Source: a virus. From it: 64,000 nucleotides of DNA. This document shows positions 1-8,307 of the stretch, piece by piece. Each line of letters begins with the position of its first letter. Within the stretch, counting starts at the first letter, position 1. Position numbers and translations under genes: made by a program. The notes below the pieces were generated by a model that saw nothing but the letters and a program-made list of their open reading frames with translations, did not search any database and was not told the origin of the DNA. Location of the stretch: positions 66,034 to 130,033 of the IMG/VR virus record IMGVR_UViG_3300022602_000039; one strand, given 5' to 3'.

Positions 1-117
1 ATTATTCTTTAAATGTTCTTTACGAACTTTTGCCCATTCGTTAGAACGCTTTGGTCCGCCATTAGGAATTTTACCCTTAGCGACATCTAATGCATGATTT
101 AAACGTGTGGAAGCCAT
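1..117 (-). CDS. Probable HNH-endonuclease-like protein, N-terminal part (runs off window)
   Basis: ATG at 117; MASTRLNHALDVAKGKIPNGGPKRSNEWAKVRKEHLKNN. The RSxxWxxVRKxHL pattern resembles the N-terminus of small phage HNH proteins; catalytic part is outside the window. Confidence 0.5.
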   Translation of the reverse strand, partial: MASTRLNHALDVAKGKIPNGGPKRSNEWAKVRKEHLKNN

Positions 118-135
118 GCATATACTTAATAAAAA

Positions 136-211
136 TGGTGGAGGATATCGGGCTCGAACCGATCACCTATAGCTTGCAAAGCTACCGCTCTACCAGATGA
201 GCTAATCCCCC
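136..211 (-). tRNA. tRNA-Ala(TGC)
   Basis: GGGGGATTAGCTCATCTGGTAGAGC...GTAGC-TTTGCAA-GCTAT...GGTTCGAGCCC...TCCTCCACCA; cloverleaf, G3:U70, encoded CCA. Confidence 0.95.
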
Positions 212-222
212 GTAATATAAAA

Positions 223-669
223 TGGTGGAGACGACGGGAATCGAACCCGTGTGTTTATACTGTTCTATTTATACTTCTACACGCTTAGATAAACTTCGTA
301 CTTTCGTTGACTCCAGGTAACAAGGCGTTATCAACCTATCTATGTTTATAGTCCTACCTATGCAGATGAAGAGTCCTGCACGACCCCTTGCACTCAGTTT
401 TCTAAGAATCACAAGACCTTCTAAACCTATTTTTATTTCCAAAAGCTTTAATAGGATTATCTTTTGGTTCCTTAGGCAGCTAGAAGTGCTGGCTCTTCAA
501 AGCTGGCGAGGATTTCGTCAGCGTTCTCGAGACAATACAATGCTTCCGCAAGGATGGCGTCAGAGTTATCTTCTGCGTTTAGTTTTTTAATCAGCTTTTA
601 TAGTGGCCAACTGATTAACCACTGCGTGCCGCATAAACTTCGAGTATAAGTCGAAGCCATTACGTCCCC
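223..669 (-). ncRNA. ssrA: tmRNA (transfer-messenger RNA)
   Basis: 5' GGGGACG pairs with 3' CGTCTCC-ACCA (G3:U70); TTCGAC after the 5' arm; T-loop GGTTCGATTCC; internal tag frame 576-472 ending ALLAA-TAA. Confidence 0.93.
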
Positions 670-674
670 AAAAT

Positions 675-680
675 TATTTA
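675..680 (-). promoter_or_regulatory. T4-type late promoter core (TAAATA) upstream of tmRNA
   Basis: TAAATA lies 5 nt upstream of the tmRNA 5' G. Confidence 0.6.
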
Positions 681-691
681 TCAAAGAACAA

Positions 692-1312
692 TCAGAGTCT
701 ATAAAGAACCCAAGTAATTTTACTGTGTAAGTAGGTACTGAGTTTTAATAGACTACTAATCAATTTGCGATAAGTCTTAGACTTACGTAAAAATCTTACA
801 ATTCGACGATGAAGAGTCGCTTCCTTCTTTTTAAGTTCTTTAGCCCATTCAAGATTTTGAATAATACGAATTTTTGCAGGTGTCTTTTCAGTTTTAACGA
901 GTTTAATCTCCGTAAGCTTGCCTCTTACAAATTCAGCATCAAACTCTACCCACCAATCATACCCATCAAGGTCGGTTTCGTCATCAAGAGTATCCGAAAA
1001 AATATTAACGTTTGATTTATTGGTAGAAAAATTATGGTAAAAAGTAACTTTACCGGTGTGTTTTGTATCAACCCATTTAGAGGATACTTCTTTCAGATAT
1101 CCTTTGAGGAAGGCCTCTTCGTCATCAACCCATTCACGTTCAACGTGCTTATAGCGAAGTTTACCAGCTTTAGTAATTTCATAAGTAGCAAGAGTATTTT
1201 CCAAATCTTTAGTTTGGAAATCACATTCTTCCCACTTAATATCTTTTAAAGCTTTAAGCTCTTTATTAAGCGGTAAAGCCTTCTTTACATAAATTGTATC
1301 AAACATACCCAT
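692..1312 (-). CDS. Hypothetical phage protein (MGMFDTI... type)
   Basis: 206-aa ORF preceded by TTGCAT-16-TATTAT-6 nt-ATG. Confidence 0.75.
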   Translation of the reverse strand: MGMFDTIYVKKALPLNKELKALKDIKWEECDFQTKDLENTLATYEITKAGKLRYKHVEREWVDDEEAFLKGYLKEVSSKWVDTKHTGKVTFYHNFSTNKSNVNIFSDTLDDETDLDGYDWWVEFDAEFVRGKLTEIKLVKTEKTPAKIRIIQNLEWAKELKKKEATLHRRIVRFLRKSKTYRKLISSLLKLSTYLHSKITWVLYRL

Positions 1313-1346
1313 GGATTTATAATATATACTAATTGACCTAATGCAA

Positions 1347-1940
1347 CTATTTCTTTGGATGATAGGTGTAATTAATGTTAAGAAGTACTCTTCTTGCCAC
1401 TGTTGTCGGTGTTGTACCTGAATGATAATTCAAACCATTGAAGATAAACAACCTATTTCTCTTTGGTTCAACCTCAGATTGAATCGTAAAATTAGGAAGC
1501 TTTTTTTCCATATATAGTTTTGAATCGCTATAATCATCTGTTGGATCAAATTTTTCATTATATAGAATAGTACTACCATCGGAGTCATTCAAATAGAGGA
1601 GTGCTGTACGATGACGATGGTCTAAATCAACGTGTGCGCCGTTCAAATAATTTTTATCAGAAGCGGTATTCAGTACAATTCTTAAGCGTACAATTTCATT
1701 TAAATCTTCACCAGCATTAATTAATGCTTTCTTTGCCATAGGGACAATAATATTATTAGGGTCATATGTAACCCTTGTACCGTTGACAACAGTATTCTTC
1801 CATCCAATAAGAAAAAAGTTTTCACACTCGTCATCACTGTACACCTTTCTTCCATAATACCATGGAAACTCCTCACTCATTACCTCATCGTAGAGCGCTT
1901 TAAAATCTTCCTCTGACAAAATATTATCTGTGATACCCAT
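1347..1940 (-). CDS. 2OG-Fe(II) oxygenase superfamily protein
   Basis: HVD motif, LLYLNDSDG, PKRNRLFIFNG..YH, R..LNINY. Confidence 0.85.
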   Translation of the reverse strand: MGITDNILSEEDFKALYDEVMSEEFPWYYGRKVYSDDECENFFLIGWKNTVVNGTRVTYDPNNIIVPMAKKALINAGEDLNEIVRLRIVLNTASDKNYLNGAHVDLDHRHRTALLYLNDSDGSTILYNEKFDPTDDYSDSKLYMEKKLPNFTIQSEVEPKRNRLFIFNGLNYHSGTTPTTVARRVLLNINYTYHPKK

Positions 1941-1961
1941 ACAGATAATATAAACTATAGA

Positions 1962-2582
1962 CTACAATAATCTACTTAAAACATCGTTTACGTACTGTTC
2001 GAACGTTTGCTGCTTACCGTCGATTTGTTCTTTAGCTGCTTGAAGTTCTTTTGTAAGAAATTCCCTAACTTGACTTGTAGAATTTAAACTATCTGTACGC
2101 ATCTCTATGGCAATACCGCCTGCAGCTCTCCATGCCTTAATATATTTTGGAAAGTCATCAATAAGAACATTAGGTTTACCGTTTTCATCTTTAGCTACCT
2201 GTGTTTTATTGGTAATAAATTGCATCTCGTCTGGAGCAGGATGAAGATGTTTTTGAATCCATTCTCTTTTACCTGCTTCAGAAGCTGCTTTATCAATACC
2301 TGCAGGACAGGAACAAATACTATAACCACCAGCTATCTTTACAACTGTATCCACTATAGCATTTGTTAGAGGACCGAATGTTGGAAGATCAGCGAAGAAT
2401 TTTTTAACACCACCATGTTTTTGAAAGAACTCTTTTGCTCTTCCCTCTCTATCTATCCAAATTTGACGTGTATGTTCTTTTTCCTCCTCTGTAAGATTCT
2501 TATAATGCTTACCCAACATTCCCATAGCAACAGTATCAAAGAGGTTTGCAAGCAAACCATCCATATCGAGATACACTTTCAT
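1962..2582 (-). CDS. 5'(3')-deoxyribonucleotidase-like HAD hydrolase
   Basis: YLDMDGLLANL motif I, GKREWI, LIDD, WRAAGG. Confidence 0.85.
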   Translation of the reverse strand: MKVYLDMDGLLANLFDTVAMGMLGKHYKNLTEEEKEHTRQIWIDREGRAKEFFQKHGGVKKFFADLPTFGPLTNAIVDTVVKIAGGYSICSCPAGIDKAASEAGKREWIQKHLHPAPDEMQFITNKTQVAKDENGKPNVLIDDFPKYIKAWRAAGGIAIEMRTDSLNSTSQVREFLTKELQAAKEQIDGKQQTFEQYVNDVLSRLL

Positions 2583-2794
2583 TATTTTCTATCCTTTCTA
2601 TGAGTTCTCTTCCACCACTTACACCACCCATCAGGCTTAATAACACCAAATACCGCAGAACACTTATTCGGTGGTCTCCACATTGTACAAACATCACAGC
2701 GATGACCGTCAACAGGATGAGCTACATAGCCTGCTTTCTGCTTAGAATGCATGTGCTCGGTAAGCAACGACTCAAATATTTTTTTAAAATTCAT
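2582..2794 (-). CDS. High-potential iron-sulfur protein (HiPIP)-like, no Tat signal
   Basis: AGYVAHPVDGHR-CDVC-TMWRPPNK-C-SAVFGVIKPDGW-C-KWW matches the HiPIP four-Cys pattern with GWC. Confidence 0.8.
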   Translation of the reverse strand: MNFKKIFESLLTEHMHSKQKAGYVAHPVDGHRCDVCTMWRPPNKCSAVFGVIKPDGWCKWWKRTHRKDRK

Positions 2795-3039
2795 TACGGT
2801 TTAGATGCTACAACAACAGTAAATCGATAAAGAAAATAACCTTTAAAGTGTCTGTTTACAAAATCTTTTTTAGAGCTTATTACAAGTTTATTTTCTGTGA
2901 TTGCAACTTTTTTTGTTTGTTCTTTAAGGTGTTCCTCTGCCTGATCTGACGTTGCAAAATATCCACTCCATTTAATAATATTACCGTCATATTTTGGTAC
3001 TGTACCTTCAGGGTCTGGATGAGTATTTAAGAGTGTCAT
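2794..3039 (-). CDS. Hypothetical protein
   Basis: 81-aa ORF, TAAATA upstream, stop overlaps the HiPIP start. Confidence 0.6.
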   Translation of the reverse strand: MTLLNTHPDPEGTVPKYDGNIIKWSGYFATSDQAEEHLKEQTKKVAITENKLVISSKKDFVNRHFKGYFLYRFTVVVASKP

Positions 3040-3079
3040 GGCGTTAATTATTTAATCTTCTTTTACGCTTTTCTAAAAA

Positions 3080-3166
3080 TGGTGGGCCGTCTAGGGATCG
3101 AACCTAGCGAGTCTTTACGACGTTGGATTTACAGTCCAAACCGCCTCCTTAGCGGTATACCGACCC
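3080..3166 (-). tRNA. tRNA-Tyr(GTA)
   Basis: GGGTCGG...TTGGA-CTGTAAA-TCCAA, long variable arm, GGTTCGATCCC, ends CCCACCA. Confidence 0.92.
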
Positions 3167-3174
3167 ATTTAAAA

Positions 3175-3813
3175 TTAACTCCAAAAGAAGTGACGATATT
3201 TAACAAGCTGTGTTAAAATTTCTAGATCTTTATCTTGAATAAGCTGTTCTAAGCGGTTTACTTCACCGTAAAGTTCTTCATATGATTCTTTACGTTTGAC
3301 CATTTTAAACATCTTTACCTTTCCGTTTTCATCTGTTTCACACGGTACAAACATTTCATCGAGTGGTCGAAGAGGCGGATAAGCTGCATCCATATCTTTT
3401 TCAAGCTTTGGACGCTCAATAGTAATATAATCGTAAGCAGATTCTAGCCATTTGGCAAATTTAACAGCATGTTCTCCCGTACCCTCCCAGTCTGTGTGGC
3501 CGTGGAGGTATTCTGTTTCATAGAAGCTCTTAATAAACTCAAAGTTTACAATCTCAATTAGGTGAGAAATATCTACCCAGGTACGAGGGATTGCTTTACG
3601 AATACGATTGTTTTCCGGTGCAAAGATTGGACGAATCTTATCATAGTAATGCATCTTCCAGCGATATGGAAAGATATCCCATGTACTACGGACACCAAAA
3701 TTATCATCCATAAAGTTCCAAAACTTGTATCTAAAAGACTTATAGTAAGCTTCCATATCTGTATCATCACAGCGAAGTGCATGATTACGTGCTTCAAATT
3801 TCTCCGGTGTCAT
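3175..3813 (-). CDS. Hypothetical phage protein
   Basis: 212-aa ORF ending YRHFFWS; sigma70-like promoter directly upstream. Confidence 0.75.
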   Translation of the reverse strand: MTPEKFEARNHALRCDDTDMEAYYKSFRYKFWNFMDDNFGVRSTWDIFPYRWKMHYYDKIRPIFAPENNRIRKAIPRTWVDISHLIEIVNFEFIKSFYETEYLHGHTDWEGTGEHAVKFAKWLESAYDYITIERPKLEKDMDAAYPPLRPLDEMFVPCETDENGKVKMFKMVKRKESYEELYGEVNRLEQLIQDKDLEILTQLVKYRHFFWS

Positions 3814-3819
3814 GCTATG

Positions 3820-3847
3820 ATTATATAGCTATCACACCTAAAGTCAA
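3820..3847 (-). promoter_or_regulatory. sigma70-type promoter (leaderless geometry)
   Basis: TTGACT-16-TATAAT-6 nt-ATG(3813). Confidence 0.75.
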
Positions 3848-3855
3848 GATAAAAC

Positions 3856-5616
3856 TTAGGACATTGCTTCCTGACCGATAAGGTTGGCACCAATTGATAA
3901 ACTGCTACCACCGTTTGTAGTCACAGCAAGTGTAAGAACATCAGGGGTATTGCCGCGAATTGTGTTATAGAGCGGGAAGAAGTTTGAAAGATCTTTATCA
4001 TCAAGATTACTGCCTGGTGATACAAAGAAAGCATATACCACTTCACCACCAGTAAAGCTTGTAGCGTTATATTCAATTTCAGCAAATGAGTTAAATGAGC
4101 TCAAAGAGACCATCGAACGCCAGGTTGGGTTGTTTAATACAATGGGATTAGCAGGTGTTGAAGCAAAGAGCTCAATGTATGCGGCGTTATTTGTAGAGAT
4201 TAAAAGATCTTGTGGGAGAATTTGACCACGATTAATTAATCCGATTTGATACGGTGCGCCTGCATACGGTATTGGAAATTGTAATGTGCCACCACCGAAC
4301 GTATTACCTGCAGCCATACCTGAAAGTGAAGCAGGTATAAAGCCGTTCTGAGCTGTAAGAGCATATGATGAGAGTCCAGCAACTACATCAACACACGTTA
4401 ATGAGTATGTTGAGCTCTGATAAATACGCCCGATAGTACCATTTGGATAACCGTTTGTTGTACTTGAAAGTGTCGGGAAATAAATCTGTAGCCCTGATAA
4501 GCCAGCGTTAGCATTAAACGTATTATTAGCAAATGTTAAGACGACAGGACTGCCTACACCGTTTAATGTTGATACACCGGTAATTGCACTCAATCCGGTA
4601 TTCATTGTATATGTATCAACAACTTTAGTACCCATTGTACGGTTTCTAATAGAAAGAACCGGTTGACGTACTCTGTTATTTGGTACAGTTACAAAACCTG
4701 ATGTACCGTAACTGTATGTAAAACCACGTTGAGCATCGCGTTGACCCTCTACAAGGATAGAAACACCGTAATGCAACATTGTATTTGGTGTACCTACACC
4801 TAGGTCTCTTTGTTCATATCGTGCAGGGAGATTACCTGTGCGTGCCCAGGCTTGAGTGAGGGTATTACCTGTTCCAATTTCATGAAGAATATATTCTTCA
4901 CCATTTATTAAAATGCCCCATCTTATTGCACCGGCTCCATACCATGCATACTCCAACCAAATCATTTGGATCTTCGTCCAATCAAGCTGATACTTTATAC
5001 CTGAAGGGTCAGACCATTGCGCTAAATCTACTTTATAATCATTCGGTACACTGTTGATGTCGTTTCTCAAAACAACATACATGCCACTCGGATTATTATA
5101 AGATGGTGCTCCCTGTTCAAAGAAAATACCGTTTGCATCATCAAAAAGACCGACTCTTTGATACTGACCTGCTACAGCGGTACCAAAATTCATAGCAGTA
5201 GCCATAAACATAGCCTTACCAGGTTGGTAACGGTGATATGGGCGACTCTGACGAACAGCTACATCACCTAACCCATTAATAGTTAATGCAACTGCACCCT
5301 GACCTGGTAGTTGTGTTACAGTGGCGGTACCGTTTGTAAGGTTTTCCCAACGGAGGGGTTGAAGACCGTATTCAAAATCGGCTTCATATACGTTTTGTGC
5401 CTGGGATACCTTAAGCTTATTGACAGCGTCCTTCTGTCTTTTGCTAAAATTTACAGGTAGTGCACCATCTGATTGAATATTTGTTAGATAAGAGGCCTGA
5501 GCATATAGAGGTACGCTTTTATCGTTTTGTATATTAACAAACGAATTAGTCCAACCCTGGATAGGGGTTTGTGGTGGTGCTGAAAAGGCAGGTACTGCTG
5601 ATAAAACGGTAGGCAT
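3856..5616 (-). CDS. Virion structural protein, paralog of 29067-31424
   Basis: RQSRPYHRYQPGK...QRVGLFDDANGIFFE segment is shared with 29067-31424; Ser/Thr/Asn-rich; TATAAATA upstream. Confidence 0.65.
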   Translation of the reverse strand: MPTVLSAVPAFSAPPQTPIQGWTNSFVNIQNDKSVPLYAQASYLTNIQSDGALPVNFSKRQKDAVNKLKVSQAQNVYEADFEYGLQPLRWENLTNGTATVTQLPGQGAVALTINGLGDVAVRQSRPYHRYQPGKAMFMATAMNFGTAVAGQYQRVGLFDDANGIFFEQGAPSYNNPSGMYVVLRNDINSVPNDYKVDLAQWSDPSGIKYQLDWTKIQMIWLEYAWYGAGAIRWGILINGEEYILHEIGTGNTLTQAWARTGNLPARYEQRDLGVGTPNTMLHYGVSILVEGQRDAQRGFTYSYGTSGFVTVPNNRVRQPVLSIRNRTMGTKVVDTYTMNTGLSAITGVSTLNGVGSPVVLTFANNTFNANAGLSGLQIYFPTLSSTTNGYPNGTIGRIYQSSTYSLTCVDVVAGLSSYALTAQNGFIPASLSGMAAGNTFGGGTLQFPIPYAGAPYQIGLINRGQILPQDLLISTNNAAYIELFASTPANPIVLNNPTWRSMVSLSSFNSFAEIEYNATSFTGGEVVYAFFVSPGSNLDDKDLSNFFPLYNTIRGNTPDVLTLAVTTNGGSSLSIGANLIGQEAMS

Positions 5617-5669
5617 AATAAATTAAATTACCAAATTATTTATAATACCATAACAAAATTGCTATACTA

Positions 5670-5795
5670 TTAGTATTTTTTTACTAATTTACCTTTTACT
5701 TTTATAAAGCCATCGACTTTACCTGTAACTTTTGGAAAGTTTTCTTTGTATTTCTTTTGATCGCTTACGCGTGACTTTGATCCTTTGCCTGCCAT
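5670..5795 (-). CDS. Small basic protein (41 aa, not in ORF track)
   Basis: MAGKGSKSRVSDQKKYKENFPKVTGKVDGFIKVKGKLVKKY; starts right after the RadA-like stop codon. Confidence 0.6.
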   Translation of the reverse strand: MAGKGSKSRVSDQKKYKENFPKVTGKVDGFIKVKGKLVKKY

Positions 5796-5796
5796 A

Positions 5797-6705
5797 TTAG
5801 TGATTAGTTATGATTGCTTCTACTTTATTTACCCTCCAACGGCACTTATTGCCACGGAGATTATTCCGTACAAGTCGACCCTCGGTAGTAAGCTCTCGAA
5901 GAAGCCATCCTGCCCTCGAAGCATCTACTTTAAGCTTATCACAGATATCTGTGATAGAAAACTTACCTTCCATACTAAGAATTTGCTTACGAGCTTCTTC
6001 CTTCTTATCAGCCTTCGTAGTTTTACCAGAACCCTGGGTAATCTTTACCGGGGTAAAGTCATAACCCTTACTAGTAAAAGCACAAGTATAATCGATACCA
6101 GGACCGAAACGATTCTTTGCAAAATAGATTCGACGATGACCAGGCTCATCCTCAGAGATTTCAACAAAGATATTAACATCGACCGCGTACGTCAGAAGAT
6201 TAGTACCCTTAATGACACCACCTTTCGTCAAATGACAGATAATCAAAACGACACACTCCGTCTCTTTAGCACGATTAATAAGAGTCTCAATAAACTCCTT
6301 CTCCTCCATATTACTCTTATCAACAGCGTGAAACGAATCGATGACAATGACATCAACATCGTTCATAAGACTGATAATCTTCTTAGCATTCGACTCATTG
6401 CAGATACCGACATCTTCGATACCAAGACGCTTACAAGCAAAAGCAACTTGATGAATAGACTCTTCAGCGGAAACAAAGCCAACCTTATGACCGTTCTTCG
6501 TCATTCCATTAAGAATCTGAAGAACCATCGTCGACTTACCAACACCAGCTTTCGACGAAATCGTAGTTATTGACCCTGGAAGCATTCCACCACCGAACAT
6601 ATCGTCAACCTCGGGGATACCCGACTTGACGCGACGATTATAGATATCAGGAATCTGAACATCTTTGACTGCTGTAAACGACGTACTCTGTAGGTTAATT
6701 TTCAT
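5797..6705 (-). CDS. RadA/Sms-like RecA-family ATPase with C-terminal wHTH-like region
   Basis: SGIPEVDDMFGGG, Walker A AGVGKST, SAEES, VIDS, KNRFG signature. Confidence 0.8.
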   Translation of the reverse strand: MKINLQSTSFTAVKDVQIPDIYNRRVKSGIPEVDDMFGGGMLPGSITTISSKAGVGKSTMVLQILNGMTKNGHKVGFVSAEESIHQVAFACKRLGIEDVGICNESNAKKIISLMNDVDVIVIDSFHAVDKSNMEEKEFIETLINRAKETECVVLIICHLTKGGVIKGTNLLTYAVDVNIFVEISEDEPGHRRIYFAKNRFGPGIDYTCAFTSKGYDFTPVKITQGSGKTTKADKKEEARKQILSMEGKFSITDICDKLKVDASRAGWLLRELTTEGRLVRNNLRGNKCRWRVNKVEAIITNH

Positions 6706-6711
6706 ACTATC

Positions 6712-6740
6712 AGTATATTGGAATTCAAAAAGGACTACAA
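6712..6740 (-). promoter_or_regulatory. sigma70-type promoter (leaderless geometry)
   Basis: TTGTAG-17-TATACT-6 nt-ATG(6705). Confidence 0.6.
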
Positions 6741-6742
6741 GC

Positions 6743-7042
6743 TTATTTTCCGTTTATTTCAAGGGCACGCTTAATTGTAGCATCGAGTGGATAGGTGGTA
6801 TTTTGACCAACATCGAGTAATTGACGCACTTCCATCACCGAATGACCACCCTTTAACAAAGTAAGTGCATCTCTACAAATATAATGTTTAATGAATTCTT
6901 CTTTTGAACCGAATTTCTTTGACTTCTCTTCCAAATACGCACTGTTAGTAGGGCGTGTTTTTCCTGTAACAATACAGGTCAGGACCGAAGGATCACCGGC
7001 AATACTTTTCTTAAATCTAGCGTTAATTTCTGCAGCATTCAT
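6743..7042 (-). CDS. Hypothetical protein, paralog of 7744-8307
   Basis: TCIVTG...KKFG...F..HYI...A..LL....S..EV motif shared with 7744-8307. Confidence 0.75.
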   Translation of the reverse strand: MNAAEINARFKKSIAGDPSVLTCIVTGKTRPTNSAYLEEKSKKFGSKEEFIKHYICRDALTLLKGGHSVMEVRQLLDVGQNTTYPLDATIKRALEINGK

Positions 7043-7092
7043 TAAAGATAATAGTAGGAAATTTAAAAAGGAAAGGCAATAAAATAGTTGAC

Positions 7093-7130
7093 AAAAAAAG
7101 ACCGGCTGCTAAGTAAAAACAGCCGGTCTT
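7093..7130 (-). terminator. Rho-independent terminator
   Basis: AAGACCGGCTG-loop-CAGCCGGTCTT followed by a T-run on the minus strand, just after the 7148 stop. Confidence 0.85.
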
Positions 7131-7147
7131 CTCATTGTTATACCGAA

Positions 7148-7342
7148 TTAGGCAACGGTAATATCGTTATTGCGGATGGCGCGCGTAAAATCGCGGCAAT
7201 CGATCTGCTTGATGCTGCGCTCGAACTGATTGGTCTTCTCGAGGACCTTGGCGCGCTTGACGGTAAAGCTACCATCGCGGTTACGCTCCATCTTGACGAA
7301 GAACGTCTTAGGACGGAGATTCTTGTTTGTGTAGTCGATCAT
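7148..7342 (-). CDS. Small basic protein, probably highly expressed
   Basis: 64 aa; strong SD AAGGAGGTG; C-ending codon bias; own promoter (TTGCAA-16-TAATAT) and terminator. Confidence 0.8.
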   Translation of the reverse strand: MIDYTNKNLRPKTFFVKMERNRDGSFTVKRAKVLEKTNQFERSIKQIDCRDFTRAIRNNDITVA

Positions 7343-7423
7343 TGTTATTTCACCTCCTTTCGTTTCATAAAATTCATATTAGATGCGGTAATTAATGTTG
7401 CAAGAATTACTTTTAAATTACTT

Positions 7424-7669
7424 TCAAAACACATCTCCGTTATCGGAAATCTTTGTATCTTCATAAGGAGCTACTGAACGTCGATACATCTCAAGCTTGC
7501 AGCATTCCAAGGCTCCGATAATATCATTATAGGTTTGATAGCTCTTACCCTTATTATTAAAATACTCTAAACACAATAGAGTAAGTGCAAAATTTAATTC
7601 ACCAGGGTTCTCTGCAAAACAGTACCCCTGTAGAAGTTCGGTTCTTTTTTCTTGTTTAATGTAAGGCAT
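7424..7669 (-). CDS. Conserved phage protein (MPYIK...GELNF...IIGALECCKLEMYRR type)
   Basis: Recognisable widespread phage motif; TTGATT-17-TATTAT-6 nt-ATG upstream. Confidence 0.8.
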   Translation of the reverse strand: MPYIKQEKRTELLQGYCFAENPGELNFALTLLCLEYFNNKGKSYQTYNDIIGALECCKLEMYRRSVAPYEDTKISDNGDVF

Positions 7670-7743
7670 GAGAGCATAATAGATTATATAATTTTACAAA
7701 TCAACTCTTGAAATATTTTTTTTATTCTATAATATAACCGCAC

Positions 7744-8307
7744 ATGAAGGGAAAGAAATCCAAAAAAATTACTAAAAAGCCAACAAAGAAGCCGAAGCAA
7801 TCGGTTGTCAATGATGGTGTTATAAAGAGTAAGATCATGACCTGCATTGTTACAGGGCTCGAACGCCGTGTATCGAAAGCTGGTATGGCCAAGGGGATTA
7901 AGAAGTTTGGTGGTCCTGTTCCCTTTATGGAGCATTATATTTCCAATGAAGCAAAACGCTTACTTCGTCAGAGAGTTTCTCCTGAAGAAGTTCAAAAACA
8001 ATTAAGACCATCGAACAAAAAGCCGTTTTCCATTGATCATCAAGTACTTGCCAGGCTTAAGTTATTAAAGAAGCCTAGGAACAAGAAAATAACAATGGAA
8101 GAGGTAAAACAAATTTCTATTAAATGGATTCCAAAAGAACCTCGTACATACAATAATATTGCAGAGTATATTATTGATAATACAAAGAACGGTTCCTGTA
8201 TTGCTCCTCAACTCTACCTAGACTCCGATCGAGTTTGTGATCATTGTAAGTATACAAAACACTGTCTCTCAACTGCTAAGATGTTTTCTAAAAAGTATAA
8301 AGGTTAA
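7744..8307 (+). CDS. Basic Cys-containing hypothetical protein, paralog of 6743-7042
   Basis: Lys-rich N-terminus, TCIVTG domain, C-terminal C...CDHC....C possible Zn site. Confidence 0.75.
   Translation: MKGKKSKKITKKPTKKPKQSVVNDGVIKSKIMTCIVTGLERRVSKAGMAKGIKKFGGPVPFMEHYISNEAKRLLRQRVSPEEVQKQLRPSNKKPFSIDHQVLARLKLLKKPRNKKITMEEVKQISIKWIPKEPRTYNNIAEYIIDNTKNGSCIAPQLYLDSDRVCDHCKYTKHCLSTAKMFSKKYKG

Noticed and set aside
342-590. 82-aa plus-strand ORF
   Set aside because: Antisense to the tmRNA; no recognisable protein features
5785-7477. Long plus-strand ORFs 5785-6573 and 7088-7477
   Set aside because: Antisense shadows of minus-strand genes that have clear motifs, promoters or an SD
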